Part shown: positions 29,626 through 41,027 of the stretch, piece by piece
Numbering within the stretch: position 1 is the stretch's first letter
Layout: every line of letters begins with the position of its first letter
Source: a virus
Virus record (IMG/VR): IMGVR_UViG_3300030117_007876
Span: 32,001 to 96,000 of that record
Direction: 5' to 3' (one strand)
DNA: 64,000 nt
Notes under the pieces: model-generated
What the model saw: only the letters and a program-made list of their open reading frames with translations
What the model was told of the DNA's origin: nothing
The model's database searches: none
Translations under genes and position numbers: made by a program

Positions 29626-30192
29626 GTGGATTATTTACAATTCTGCTTAGATTGGTGGGCAAAAGGAGGCTTAGTCAACTTTGTTATACTAGGCAGCTCA
29701 TTTTTCGTTGGTCTTTTTTACCTAAGTAATAAATTTAGTAAAGGTTTTGTTAATATTATGATTGGCGTCGTGCCTCTTTTAGGGCTTCTTGGCACGGTTG
29801 TTGGAATGATTCAAACTTTTAATGCACTTCAAAATACAGGAACAGATGTCCAATCATTAGCTGGAGGCATATCAAAAGCTATGATTACCACTTCTTCAGG
29901 TTTATGCGTAGCTATTTTCGGCACGATTTTTCTGCCTCTTAAAAAACCTGAAAAGTTAGACAATTATGAATCTTTTGATGATTTAACTATCGAACAATTA
30001 GAAGAAATAGTTTCTCAGAAAACATTTGTTCAAAAATTAATTAAAAACATACCACAAATAACCATTAAGTCAAAGTGGATTAAAAAATACTTAAAACTTA
30101 AAAAATCTTTCAATAAAGCTTATAAAAATGTTTGGATTAAAGTGCAACCAGAATGCAAGCAAGAGCGCCCTTCTTTTATTTCTTTTTTTTAA
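29626..30192 (+). CDS. MotA/TolQ/ExbB proton-channel family protein
   Basis: PLLGLLGTVVGMIQTF, LAGGISKAMITTSSGL. Confidence 0.85.
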   Translation: MDYLQFCLDWWAKGGLVNFVILGSSFFVGLFYLSNKFSKGFVNIMIGVVPLLGLLGTVVGMIQTFNALQNTGTDVQSLAGGISKAMITTSSGLCVAIFGTIFLPLKKPEKLDNYESFDDLTIEQLEEIVSQKTFVQKLIKNIPQITIKSKWIKKYLKLKKSFNKAYKNVWIKVQPECKQERPSFISFF

Positions 30193-30234
30193 AAATTATC
30201 TAGATTTTCTTGTGTTGAAATGACATAATAATTG

Positions 30235-30954
30235 ATGTCGGAATATGACGCATATATATTTGATGTAGATGGAACTTTGACTGCGCCTCGTTCGCAAATG
30301 GACGAAGAGTTTTCTAAATTTTTTGAAAAATTCTGCAAAAAATATATTGTATATCTTGCGACAGGAAGCGATAGAGCTAAAGTTAAAGATCAAATTCCAT
30401 CAGAAATATTATATTCTTGCATGGGCGTTTTTACTTGCATGGGAAATGAATTGTGGGTCAACGATGAAATGATATATTCCAGAAAATTAAAACCACCTTC
30501 AGATGTAATATTTTGGCTGTATGAAAAATTGTATGATACTAAATATCCAAAACATAAACTGGGCACTGTAAATTTTGAATATAGAGCTGGAATGTTAAAT
30601 TTCAGCGTTGTAGGTAGAGATATTTCTAAAAATGAAAGAACTGAATATAATGAATGGGATGCTATATACAAAGAAAGAAAAAGTATCTGTGACACTTTTA
30701 ATAAAATATTTCATAGATATAACTTAGAAGCATGTATTGGTGGTGAAATATCTATAGACATACAAGAAAAAGGTAGAGATAAAGGTCAAATTTATGACTA
30801 TTTAAGCAATCATCCAAGAAAAATATTTTTTGGAGACAAATGTCAACCCGGAGGTAATGATTTTTCTTTAGCTAAAGCTTGTGAAGTTAAATTTAATGTT
30901 GACAATTGGCAGCAAACATGGAATATTTTAACAAATTTAATCATACCTAACTAA
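30235..30954 (+). CDS. HAD-IIB phosphomannomutase (eukaryote-type PMM family)
   Basis: FDVDGTLTAPR, ATGSD, EYRAGMLNFS, GGEISID, FFGDKCQPGGND. Confidence 0.85.
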   Translation: MSEYDAYIFDVDGTLTAPRSQMDEEFSKFFEKFCKKYIVYLATGSDRAKVKDQIPSEILYSCMGVFTCMGNELWVNDEMIYSRKLKPPSDVIFWLYEKLYDTKYPKHKLGTVNFEYRAGMLNFSVVGRDISKNERTEYNEWDAIYKERKSICDTFNKIFHRYNLEACIGGEISIDIQEKGRDKGQIYDYLSNHPRKIFFGDKCQPGGNDFSLAKACEVKFNVDNWQQTWNILTNLIIPN

Positions 30955-30955
30955 A

Positions 30956-31204
30956 ATGAAAAAAGCTAGAGTATTTACCGTTGTTAAAGGGCAAACTTAC
31001 GACCCTCAAGGCACAGTTATAAATTCTGCCGCTAAACAGTTAGGAATTAAACACATAAAAGACGTTAAAGCTGGTAAACATTTTTTATTATTGTTCGAAG
31101 ATGATACTACTGACGATAACGTTAAAGCTAGCGCTGAACAAGCTGCAATTCGATTACTTCATAACGATATTATTGAAGATTATGATATAACTTACGAATT
31201 ATGA
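30956..31204 (+). CDS. purS: FGAM synthase subunit PurS
   Basis: DPQGTVI, DVKAGKHF, LLHNDIIEDY. Confidence 0.8.
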   Translation: MKKARVFTVVKGQTYDPQGTVINSAAKQLGIKHIKDVKAGKHFLLLFEDDTTDDNVKASAEQAAIRLLHNDIIEDYDITYEL

Positions 31205-31205
31205 T

Positions 31206-31626
31206 ATGAAAGAAAATATATTAAAAGCATTAGAAGCTCATTTTGAGTCTCAAATTTTAAAGAATAAAGTTTTACTTAAAAATTATTTAAACAATTCAGT
31301 TGGAATTGGAGAACACCCTGATATTATCGCTGAATGCATCAAAATCACTGAAGAATTAGCTTCAGCAAAAGATGGTCTGGAAATCATTCAAGGTTATGGC
31401 GAACCGGAGTAAATTTGAAAAAATTTGTTCAAAATGCAAAAATTTATGGTTAATCTGGTGCAGAACTGTTGACCATAGAATCGGAAAAACTAACGATGAT
31501 GAGCCAAATATACCTATTTTAACATTAAAGCAAGCTCAAATTAGCTTGTTAATACGCAGTTTCATTATTTTAGTTAATTTAATAACTTGTTTTTTTATAG
31601 TAGCAAACATTATACATAAATGGTAA
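31206..31626 (+). CDS. Two small hypothetical proteins (31206-31412, about 31396-31626)
   Basis: NSVGIGEHPDI motif in the first; a C-terminal TM helix in the second. Confidence 0.55.
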
Positions 31627-31627
31627 T

Positions 31628-32059
31628 ATGCCAAATCAAACCAAATTAGATAAAACTTATTTAAAAATGGCTGAAGCTTGGGCTGAGATGTCTCACGCTA
31701 AAAGAAAAAAAGTAGGCTGTTTAATTGTAAAAGATGGCGCTATTATTTCAGATGGTTATAACGGCACACCATCAGGTTTTGATAATAGTTGTGAATTTGG
31801 GTTTACTGAACAAGGTTCAACCACTAAACCGGAAGTTCTTCATGCTGAAAGTAACGCAATCAGCAAATTAGCTAGATCTACAAATAGTAGTGATGGCGCT
31901 ACAGTTTATTTAACTTGTTCTCCTTGTTTTGATTGCGCTAAATTAATTATTCAAGCAGGAATTAAAAGAGTCGTCTATAGTGATAATTATAGAGATAGCA
32001 GAGGGTTACAACTTTTAGAAAAAGCTAACATAAAAGTGGAGCATATAAATGACAAGTGA
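31628..32059 (+). CDS. dCMP deaminase
   Basis: KVGCLIV, GYNGTPSG, HAESNAI, SPCFDCAK. Confidence 0.93.
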   Translation: MPNQTKLDKTYLKMAEAWAEMSHAKRKKVGCLIVKDGAIISDGYNGTPSGFDNSCEFGFTEQGSTTKPEVLHAESNAISKLARSTNSSDGATVYLTCSPCFDCAKLIIQAGIKRVVYSDNYRDSRGLQLLEKANIKVEHINDK

Positions 32060-33950
32060 TAATGTTTTAAATATTTTAAATGATGCGCTAGAAAAAGATC
32101 CTGTTGCTATGATGGCGTTAATTTCTACAACAGTTCCAACTAATTGTAATATTGCTAGTTCTTATGATATTAAAATTCATAAAGGGTATATTGAATTTGG
32201 ATTACTTAGCATAATTAACAAGATAATCGAAAAAGAAAATAAAAAAATAAGTTTTGATTATGATGTGAACATAGAAGGTGAGATGCGCCCTAAAAAATTT
32301 ATTTTAGAATGAAAACTAATTTGGAGTTTCATTTTTTTTATTTGACAATATGCAGATTTGTTGTATATTCCTTATTAATTGCTTGCTAATCTTATGAAAT
32401 TAATTAAAAAATTAAGCCTTACCTTAGAAGATTCTCAAGGTAATGAATTGAATATAAAAGCTACGGATCAGAGAAAATTTCCAGAGTATTGCTTTTATAT
32501 GGAGTCAGAACAAGAACCAATATTTATATTCACTAAAGAAGATATAAAAAAAGTATTAGAACACTTAAGTTAAAACTCAAAAATTTATGTTTAAAAGAAT
32601 AGATTATTTCTTCATTATTGCAGCTTACTTGTCGTTTATGATGAGTGTCGCTCTCTGGTTTCTTAAAGATCAATCAGCGGGTATGTATGTTGGCTTATGG
32701 GTGCCAAGTATTTTAACCCTTTGGGTAGGTATTAAGCAAATAGTTTATAACAGAAAGAAATGAGATGTTATTTGTATTATTCATGTTCGGCGTTGTTATT
32801 ATGGGCATTGTCGCCTTGGGCATAATTGAAGCAGGAGGATTTGATGATGATTAACTTTTTTATTAATGCGTAAATTCAAGATACTGTTATTGACTGTAAC
32901 ATTTTTAATTTGCATATATGAAAAAGAATATTTACTTGGTATTTTTATTCTTGGCTTTATCAACAGCGTGTTCCCAAAAGCTTAAAACTCATGATCCATT
33001 AACAACTTATTGGCAGCATCAAAACAAACAATTAAAACAAGAAAAAATAAACAAAGAAATAAAATTAAAACTTAAAGAGATAGAAAAACAAATAAATAAA
33101 CTTAAAGAGCCTTCTTGGCATCAGTATGTAAACAGTATTTACTCTAACATTCAAATAATAAGAAATAAAAAAATAAAACCATTACCAACAACTCAACCAG
33201 ACGACATTTAATATGCAAGTATCCAAATTTTTCGAAATAAAGTTAACCGACAGAGAAGACAGCTGCATGATCATAAAAGCTGTGGAAGAAGGAGAATATG
33301 TAATAACTATGGAAGATGATTCTACATTTTACTTTGACCAAGATGATGCAGAAGACATAATTAAAACAATAAAAACTGTTATTGGGAACGCCTCATAAAC
33401 ATGGACCCAGAAAGATTTGGATTTTTTCGCTGGATGGGCGAAATAATTCTTACGTGGCAAGTCGTTCTTGTAGTGTATTATATTGTACAGTGGACAATTT
33501 ACAAATTCTAACCATCTTAAAATACGGCATACCTCTTTTAGCTGTTCTTTTGCTGTTATGCGGTACTAAATTAAAATGACAGCATCTTCTATATTCGTTA
33601 TAACAGGAATCATCGGAGTAATACTAATATTATTTAAAGCAGCAAATGAGCGATGAAGGATATTTAATAGGATTTATATTAGCTGCGTTAATACCTTTAT
33701 TCATAGAATTTTTCTTCAAAAAGAAATGAGAAAAGCTAAAGTCACTTTTTCTACAGAATTATTAACTAATATTTCAAATTTAAATTTTCAACTATTAAAT
33801 AATGATTTAAATTACCCAGACAATATCGGCGGGGAATATTATTTCAATTTATCAGATAAAGAAAAAAAGAAATACAAGCTTATAAATCCAGCGTATTTGT
33901 TAAAACATTCTGATCATAATCGAATTTTTAATTTAACAGTTGATGAATAA
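32049..33950 (+). CDS. Cluster of small hypothetical and membrane ORFs
   Basis: 32049-32312, about 32394-32573, 32587-32763 (2 TM, not in track), 32918-33211 (lipoprotein-like), 33213-33398, 33726-33950. Confidence 0.5.
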
Positions 33951-33967
33951 GTAGAGTGTGAATTTAA

Positions 33968-35047
33968 ATGATGAGACAATGCACCATGTGTAAGCAAAGC
34001 TTACCAATAGATAATTTTGAAATTGCCACTAAAGATGGTTATAGGAGAGGGCAGTGTAAAACTTGTGTAAGTATTAACAGATTTGTTAAACGCAAACCTG
34101 AAAGAACTGAAGACGATTACTGGAAATGGCAGAATGAAATAAAAGAAAAGGAAAAACTTTTAAAAGAAAAGGAAAAACTTTTAAAAGAAAAAGAAAAACT
34201 TTTTAATGAAGGAAAAAAGAAGTGCGCTCGTTGTGGTGAAATTAAATTAATAACCGAATTTAATAAAAGTGGATCTAATAGATATCAATCTCGCTGTAGA
34301 GTTTGCACTAAGGCAGAGTTTAAGATTTGGCGTAAAAAAAATTATCTAGAAGTAAGAGAGAAACAAAGAAAGAAAAGGTGGGATAAAAGAACACCAGAGC
34401 AAAAAGAAAAATATTTAGCAGAAAAAGCATATAGAGAAGAACTTCACTCTCTTCAGAAGGAAGGAAAGAGAAGATGTAGAATGTGTAATGAAGTAAAAAT
34501 TCTTGATGAGTTTCATACTGATAATTCTGTTAAAGTTTTTTATAATAAGAAATCATATTGTAAGAGTTGTGCTCATAAAACTTGGAGAAGACCTTATTGC
34601 CAATTACCAGAAACCAAATTGAAAAAATCTGGGTGGGATAAAAAATACAGATCAAACCCAAAGGTTAAACAAAGAATTAATAAACAACATCTTGAAAAAT
34701 ATCACAACGATCCTGCATATAAAGTAAAAGTACTTATGAGAGGTAGACTCAATAAGGTTTTAGATAGAAAAAAACAATCTAAAAGATTCACACAAGAATT
34801 AGGATGTACCTTTGATGAGTTAGTTGTTCATTTAGAATCTCAGTTTTACCCTGACCCAAGAACAGGTGAAATGATGACTTGGGATAATCATTCTGCAAAA
34901 GGTTGGCATATTGATCACATCAAACCTCTTCATGAATTTGACTTATATGATGATGAACAATTCAAACAAGCATCACACTATACAAATCTACAACCATTAT
35001 GGTGGTGGCAAAATTTAGCAAAAAATAGAAAAGATGAAAATCAGTAA
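33968..35047 (+). CDS. Free-standing HNH-type homing endonuclease with three Cys4 Zn-binding repeats
   Basis: Three CxxC...CxxC units; WHIDHIKP...HYTNLQPLW...N..K. Confidence 0.8.
   Translation: MMRQCTMCKQSLPIDNFEIATKDGYRRGQCKTCVSINRFVKRKPERTEDDYWKWQNEIKEKEKLLKEKEKLLKEKEKLFNEGKKKCARCGEIKLITEFNKSGSNRYQSRCRVCTKAEFKIWRKKNYLEVREKQRKKRWDKRTPEQKEKYLAEKAYREELHSLQKEGKRRCRMCNEVKILDEFHTDNSVKVFYNKKSYCKSCAHKTWRRPYCQLPETKLKKSGWDKKYRSNPKVKQRINKQHLEKYHNDPAYKVKVLMRGRLNKVLDRKKQSKRFTQELGCTFDELVVHLESQFYPDPRTGEMMTWDNHSAKGWHIDHIKPLHEFDLYDDEQFKQASHYTNLQPLWWWQNLAKNRKDENQ
34141..34203 (+). repeat. In-frame 21-bp tandem repeat, three copies
   Basis: aaaagaaaa(g/a)gaaaaactttt x3, encoding KEKEKLL repeats. Confidence 0.85.
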
Positions 35048-35072
35048 AGAAGAATTAATGCACCAACTATAA

Positions 35073-35987
35073 ATGGACAAATATAAAGAAGCTGGCGTTG
35101 ATGTCGCCAAAACAGATAATTTAGTCAAAGAAATTTCTGGGTTAGTTGACAATATAGGAGGATTCGGCGGTTTATTTGATTTAGGTGATAGTTATTTAGT
35201 TGGCGCTACAGATGGTGTAGGCACTAAGATTCTTTTAGCGCAAGAATATGATATGCTTGACGGCATAGGTATAGACTGTGTTGCTATGTGCGTCAACGAT
35301 ATTATTTGCACTGGCGCTCGCCCTTTATTTTTCTTAGATTATTTCGCTTCATCTAATATAGATGAAAAACAATATCTTACAATTATAAATTCAATTAAAA
35401 ATGGTTGTGAAGCTGCTGGCATTCCATTAATCGGAGGAGAAACAGCAGAACTTCCTTCTTTACTTCCTGATAAACATTTTGACATTGCTGGATTTTGTGT
35501 TGGCATTGTCAAGAAAAAAGATTTAATTGATGGAAGTAAAATAAAAAAAGGTGATATTGTTTTAGCTTTTCCAAGTAATGGTTTTCATAGTAACGGTTAT
35601 TCTTTAGTAAGAAAAATATTTAACAAAAATAAACATGAAAAATATATTGACAAAATATTAAAACCTACAGAAATTTATGTCAAAGAAATAATGAATTTAA
35701 TTGATAATGGAGTCAATATAAAAGGCATTGCCCACATAACCGGAGGAGGTTTATCTAATTTAAATAGAATTTTACCTGATGGTTTATCTGTTGATTGGAA
35801 AAGTGAAATTAATAAACCATTTATACTTGATATGTTTCAAAAAGATGGTAATGTAAGTGATGAAGAAATGGCTAGGGTTTTTAACGGCGGTATCGGTATG
35901 TGTCTGGTGGTGGAGCCGAAAGAAGTAAAGAAAGTTTTTTCTGAAAAAATTTCCAGACCCATGCTGGCAGCAGGAAGTATATCATGA
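35073..35987 (+). CDS. purM: AIR synthase
   Basis: YKEAGVD, GGFGGLF, TDGVGTK, AMCVND, LFFLDY, GGETAE, HSNGYSL, AHITGGG. Confidence 0.95.
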   Translation: MDKYKEAGVDVAKTDNLVKEISGLVDNIGGFGGLFDLGDSYLVGATDGVGTKILLAQEYDMLDGIGIDCVAMCVNDIICTGARPLFFLDYFASSNIDEKQYLTIINSIKNGCEAAGIPLIGGETAELPSLLPDKHFDIAGFCVGIVKKKDLIDGSKIKKGDIVLAFPSNGFHSNGYSLVRKIFNKNKHEKYIDKILKPTEIYVKEIMNLIDNGVNIKGIAHITGGGLSNLNRILPDGLSVDWKSEINKPFILDMFQKDGNVSDEEMARVFNGGIGMCLVVEPKEVKKVFSEKISRPMLAAGSIS

Positions 35988-36102
35988 AAAATATTATAAA
36001 AAAAGTTTTAGATGAGTATGTTGAATATTATAAACAAATAAATCTTGACAGCGAAGCAGCAAGAATTATATTGTCTGAACAAATAGAAGAAAGAATCAAA
36101 AT

Positions 36103-36255
36103 ATGGCAAAATCAAAAGGATCGGGAAAACATCAAGAAAAACGCGGATTAAATAAAAAAATCAGCAACATGAAGGGAAGACACTCTAAAAATAATTCTTC
36201 CCGAAATAAGACTAGCAAAAACTACAAAAAACCTTATAACAGACAAGGTAGATAA
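36103..36255 (+). CDS. Small basic protein (50 aa, not in track)
   Basis: MAKSKGSG...KNYKKPYNRQGR. Confidence 0.55.
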   Translation: MAKSKGSGKHQEKRGLNKKISNMKGRHSKNNSSRNKTSKNYKKPYNRQGR

Positions 36256-36262
36256 AAATTTA

Positions 36263-36330
36263 ATACGCTAAGAATAATTCAGCACATCATTACTTTTATA
36301 GTAATTCACGTTGTAATTATTTTAGCGTAT
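36263..36330 (+). ncRNA. Dispersed dual-loop hairpin unit 13 (gcaca/cgttg)
   Basis: atacgctaagaataa-TTCA-gcaca-TCA-ttact..agtaa-TTCA-cgttg-TAA-ttattttagcgtat. Confidence 0.72.
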
Positions 36331-36337
36331 ATTTTAT

Positions 36338-36424
36338 GCCAGTGTGGTGAAATTGGCAAACACAACAGACTTAAAATCTGTCGCCTTTATCGGCTTGTCG
36401 GTTCGAGTCCGACCACTGGTACCA
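36338..36424 (+). tRNA. tRNA-Leu(UAA)
   Basis: Cloverleaf with long variable arm, anticodon loop cTTAAaa reading TAA, GGTTCGA, encoded CCA. Confidence 0.95.
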
Positions 36425-36428
36425 CTTT

Positions 36429-36503
36429 TCTAGAGTAGCTCAATGGTAGAGCAATCGGCTGTTAACCGATTGGTTGTTGGTTCGAGTCCAACCTCTAGAG
36501 CCA
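36429..36503 (+). tRNA. tRNA-Asn(GUU)
   Basis: tctagag/ctctaga acceptor stem, atcgg-ctGTTaa-ccgat, CCA. Confidence 0.95.
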
Positions 36504-36519
36504 TTTTATATAAATCATT

Positions 36520-37243
36520 ATGAGTATTTCAGAAAAAACTTTAAAAGAATTAGCGAAATGGTGCGAGATTCGCAGACAAGAATATTACGAAAGAGCTAAT
36601 AAAAATATTTCTGAAAAATGCGATGTCGAATTAGAAAGGATAAAAAGGTATAAGCCTCTTTCTATTACTTCGCGCTACAGAAAAAACCACGATATTGATT
36701 ATTATCCTCCCACTTGTGGATTTACTCATCGGATGACTTTTGATTCATCTTATGTTGGAGATTTAACTGAATGGGACAGAGCTTTTGAAAGATTCGAAAA
36801 AAAGAAAGTAAATATATACGGCAAAAAAGTAGATCGCAGCAAAGTTTTCACAGATAAAGAAGAAGTTAAAAGTTTTAAATATGGAAAACAATCCTAGCAA
36901 CGAAGAAAAAACTATTGTAGGTAGACCTATACTTTACGATATTCAGGGTATATTAGGCAGAGCGGATTTTGAAATAGCTAGATTAAAAAAGATTGAAAAA
37001 GTAAAAGATAAATCTTTATTTAGATATGAAGAATATAATAGTAGAGTAAGAGAAGAAACTTATGGATATGAAGATAATTATTGGTTAAGTCCAGAAATAA
37101 CTGGAACCATGGAACAATGGAGAAAAGCTTATAAAAGATTTTGCAATAAAAAAGTAAACATTTATGGAAAAAAAGTTGATAGAACAAGATTATTAAACGA
37201 TAAATTCGCAACAAACAAATCTAGCAAAAAATGTCAGGATTAG
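36520..37243 (+). CDS. Tandem paralogous hypothetical proteins (36520-36897, 36881-37243)
   Basis: Both end in W..A..RF..KKVNIYGKKVDR. Confidence 0.7.
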
Positions 37244-37698
37244 AAAATTTAAATAAAACATGGTTCGTGGATATAGACGGCACATTATTAATTCACAAAA
37301 CTAATGAAGAATTAGATGAAATAATAGAGGAAAATGACATAAAAAGTCATTTATATGAAACTCCCATTATTGATGCAGTTAGTTTTATTAATAATCTTCC
37401 TAAAAAAGATAGAATTATCTTAACTACAGCTAGAGAAAATCGCCATTTAGCGCACACACATCGCACACTACATCATTTTGATATTAGGTATAATAAAATT
37501 ATTCATGAGCTTGGCTCTGGCCCTAGAGTGGTAGTAAATGATATTAAACCTGCTGGCACAGCAAATAATCAGCAAAACTTAAACACGGCTTACGCAATTA
37601 ACGTAAACCGTGATCAAGCGGATATTCAAGGATCTGCTCTAAAAATAGAAAGGCAGATCCAAGAACAAATGTCACCTCAAATAGAGATTATATTTTAA
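37231..37698 (+). CDS. HAD-superfamily hydrolase-like protein
   Basis: FVDIDGTL, ILTTAR, RVVVND. Confidence 0.75.
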   Translation: MSGLENLNKTWFVDIDGTLLIHKTNEELDEIIEENDIKSHLYETPIIDAVSFINNLPKKDRIILTTARENRHLAHTHRTLHHFDIRYNKIIHELGSGPRVVVNDIKPAGTANNQQNLNTAYAINVNRDQADIQGSALKIERQIQEQMSPQIEIIF

Positions 37699-38072
37699 TC
37701 CTGATCTACTTCGTGAGGGTTAGGAGCGGGTTCTCCACTAGACGGAAAAGGAAAATTAGAAATCATAACTGGAGATTCTAGAGATCCTGATATTTGATTT
37801 TTTAAAGAATCAAACCAATCACACCCTGAAGCGTAAGTGTTACAAATATCTGTTAGATTAGCAGTTAAATAATCATAAGTAATATAGGGATCAAAGCCAG
37901 TTGCGCCATCAACATAAGCTGATTTTGTTTGAGAAACCTCTTGGCTATCTTGACCGCTAAAACTGCAAGTCATTCCAACTACTAAACTACTAATACCTGT
38001 TTCAGAGGAATTATTCCAGTATGGATCGATTCTAGTAAAATCGTAAATATAGTGACCTGTTATATGTGACAT
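37695..38072 (-). CDS. Hypothetical protein
   Basis: Isolated - strand ORF with GTGTAA upstream. Confidence 0.65.
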   Translation of the reverse strand: MSHITGHYIYDFTRIDPYWNNSSETGISSLVVGMTCSFSGQDSQEVSQTKSAYVDGATGFDPYITYDYLTANLTDICNTYASGCDWFDSLKNQISGSLESPVMISNFPFPSSGEPAPNPHEVDQD

Positions 38073-38133
38073 AATGTTATTTTATTTTACACTAAAAGTT
38101 TAAAAATTCTGTTTTTAATGTAAAATATTATAA

Positions 38134-38209
38134 GCCAGTTTAGCTCAGTTGGTAGAGCAACGGTTTTGTAAACCGTTGGTCGTCGGTTCGAGTCCGACAA
38201 CTGGCTCCA
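38134..38209 (+). tRNA. tRNA-Thr(UGU)
   Basis: gccagtt/aactggc acceptor stem, acggt-ttTGTaa-accgt, CCA. Confidence 0.95.
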
Positions 38210-38216
38210 TTTTATT

Positions 38217-38604
38217 GTGAAATTAGATATTCTAGAAGTAATAGAAAACGAAGATGGCGCTTTATCATTTGAAGTAGATTATGATAGAGAATTTAAAAAA
38301 GAATTTGAGCGTAAATACAAAAAACGTTTGACAAAAAAGTCTTTAACAGAGTATATTACTAAAGCTGTTGAAGCGAATTATAAAGAAAGCAAAAACAATG
38401 AAAAATAGTACAGTATTATTATGGTGGTTTTTATATCAAGTAGTTGGAATTTTAGCAGCTATGGGGATTGGATTTTTAGGAGGTTTAACTTTTGGCATAC
38501 TAGGCTTACCAGAAATTCCCGGCATGATTTTAGTTGGTATTGGAGCTTTAGCTGTTAACTTTTTTGTTTATAAATGGTCTGTTAATAAAATTATGAATTC
38601 ATGA
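38217..38604 (+). CDS. Two small hypothetical ORFs (38217-38408; about 38398-38604, membrane)
   Basis: Coupled ORFs. Confidence 0.5.
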
Positions 38605-38767
38605 AATGAGCGAATCAGATTCTAAATATGAACTTTGCGTTATTTGTGATACAGTAACTAAAGAACATGAAGATCAGCATATTGATAGCCGAAACTATTA
38701 TATAGAAGGTTGTGGTCAACTATGCAAGAAATGTTATATTGAAATATATGGTAACATACATTGATTT

Positions 38768-38841
38768 AAAAGGCTAAATATATAATTCACCCACTCAACA
38801 CACTCGATGTGTTTCACTGGTTCATTATATTTTAGTCTTTT
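38768..38841 (+). ncRNA. Dispersed dual-loop hairpin unit 14 (cccac/ctggt)
   Basis: aaaaggctaaatatataa-TTCA-cccac-TCA-acaca-ctcga-tgtgt-TTCA-ctggt-TCA-ttatattttagtctttt. Confidence 0.8.
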
Positions 38842-38845
38842 TTTA

Positions 38846-38922
38846 GGGCCTTTAGCTCAGTTGGTCAGAGCATCCGACTCATAATCGGCAGGTCGTCAGT
38901 TCGAGTCTGACAAGGCCCACCA
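38846..38922 (+). tRNA. tRNA with CAU anticodon, probably Ile2 (lysidine type)
   Basis: gggcctt/aaggccc acceptor stem, ccga-ctCATaa-tcgg, CCA; lacks initiator features. Confidence 0.9.
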
Positions 38923-38944
38923 ACTTATTTGTGTAATAAGTTAT

Positions 38945-39172
38945 ATGGCAGAAAAAGAAAATAAACATCCAGAAAATGTAGATGGCTCATATTATGTAGA
39001 TGATCAATGTATAGATTGTGATTTATGTAGAGAAGAAGCTCCAGATAATTTTACTAGACAAGAAGAACAAGGTTATTCTTATGTTTATAAACAGCCAGAA
39101 AATGATCAAGAAGAAAAAGAATGCGTAACTGCAATGGACGGTTGTCCAGTGGAAGCTATAGGAAATGACTGA
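38945..39172 (+). CDS. Ferredoxin
   Basis: CIDCDLC...CPVEAIG. Confidence 0.9.
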   Translation: MAEKENKHPENVDGSYYVDDQCIDCDLCREEAPDNFTRQEEQGYSYVYKQPENDQEEKECVTAMDGCPVEAIGND

Positions 39173-41008
39173 AATATTAAATTGCTCAGAAACTGATTGC
39201 CCCAAAGATTTTTATGAACTATCTGTCTCTGGAGAAACATATATAAGAACTTGCATGAATTGTTGGAAAAGAGTTGTATTAGCATTAGATCAAAAACATG
39301 CTGATTCATATTTAGAATCAGGAGATAAAGTAGCATTAGATAAAAATAATTAAAACAAGCAAAAACATCTAGTCTATTGAAAAATATACAATTTTACTAT
39401 TTTTGTTGCGCTGTACGTAGAATTGTAGCATATTTACTAATAATTCATTAGATAAGGACAACATATGAGTGATGTAGTAATTTTAAATAAAAAAAACAGA
39501 GTCGCAGAAGCGGTCAATGAGATATTGTTTGACTTTTTTGTATTCGGATTAGGATCATTTATTTGGTGGTCTATAGTGTGCATGGTAATGGGTCAAGCAG
39601 ATCCTTGGTTAGGAGGGGCAGCGTTAGCAGGATGGACATTTAGCATAGCAACAGCAGTTCATTGTTTACAAACAGATGCAGGAGCTATTATGATCGGAAT
39701 GATCTGTTTATTTTGTCTTGGCATAGCAGCGGGTATATTGTATTTATTTTACTGGCTGTTGTTTTTATAATAAGATTATGAAAAAGATATTATTATTGAT
39801 ATTAGTAGCATTGAATTCTTTTGCTGATGAAGGTATTAAGATAAGATCATTTAGTAACTTTGCTGATGAAGGTATTAAGATAAGAGAAGATTTATTTAAT
39901 AACCCTTCTAATGTTGAATATTTTATTCTTAACGATTATTTTAGTGAAAAGACTGTATTTGTACCGCAAAAAAAAGCGGATGAATATTTCATGAAATCTT
40001 TGAATTATTATAATCGCAATTTATCTGTTGTCACTAAAAAAGCCATTAATAAAGCCAAGGAAGAAGATAAGATTATATTTGTTAATATTGTGGCAGGAGA
40101 TGATATACCAGCTCATACATTTAAAGGTATTAAACCCACATATAAAGTGAGTGAATACACAAATGGCCAATGGACTATATTTAAAATAGATCCAAAAGGT
40201 AAGATATCTAAAGATCATTATTCTGCGGGTGAATATGGCCAAGTAGGAAGAGATGGCGTGTCTTATGAACACGCTATAAGAGCGTTTGGAGGAAGAGAGG
40301 TTCAAGATGCTATAAAAAGAGCTGATATGAATGATAGTCAATACGATTGGTATATCACTATTAAGCTCCCTGATACTAGTTTAAGTTATATACAGTTTGA
40401 CACATTTGTTGAATATGAAGTATGGTTTAATACAACAAAATTATCTCCTCAATATTACACTGTAGATAAAGTAAGACGAGATAGATTTATATTGGAAGAA
40501 GAATAATAAGCAATAACTCTATGAGAAAATATTTAATTGGTTGGATTTTACATGTTATAATCACTGTAGCGGTTTTTTCTTTCCTTTGTGGATTATTGGG
40601 AATGATTATAGGCGTTACCTATGGCATATCTGGTAACGAAAATGTTCTAACTGAAGCGGAACTAACTAATAACACTTCATTTGGTGTTTTTTGTTTCGTT
40701 TCAATGTTGGGCGCTAACTTCTTTAGTTATTACATAACGGTTAAAAAATGTTTAAAATATTTAGCTTAAGTTTTATTTTATTGGTAGTAGGGTGTTCTTT
40801 TAAAAAAGATTATACTCGCCAAACACATGCTTATCAAGATAGGTTTCCAGATTATTGGGATAGTTGGTATCATGAAAAATCGTACCCTAGACGAGTAGAA
40901 AATATAGAACGTAGACATAAAAAAACAATAAAAGAATTAAAAGATAATTATTCTGAACCTGAAAATTATGAATCTGATATATTCTTTCGATCAACACAAG
41001 AAGACTGA
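39165..41008 (+). CDS. Cluster of hypothetical, membrane and secreted ORFs
   Basis: 39165-39353, 39465-39770 (TM), 39778-40506 (signal peptide), 40521-40769 (TM), 40748-41008 (lipoprotein-like). Confidence 0.55.
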
Positions 41009-41027
41009 TAAATTAAAATAAATATAA

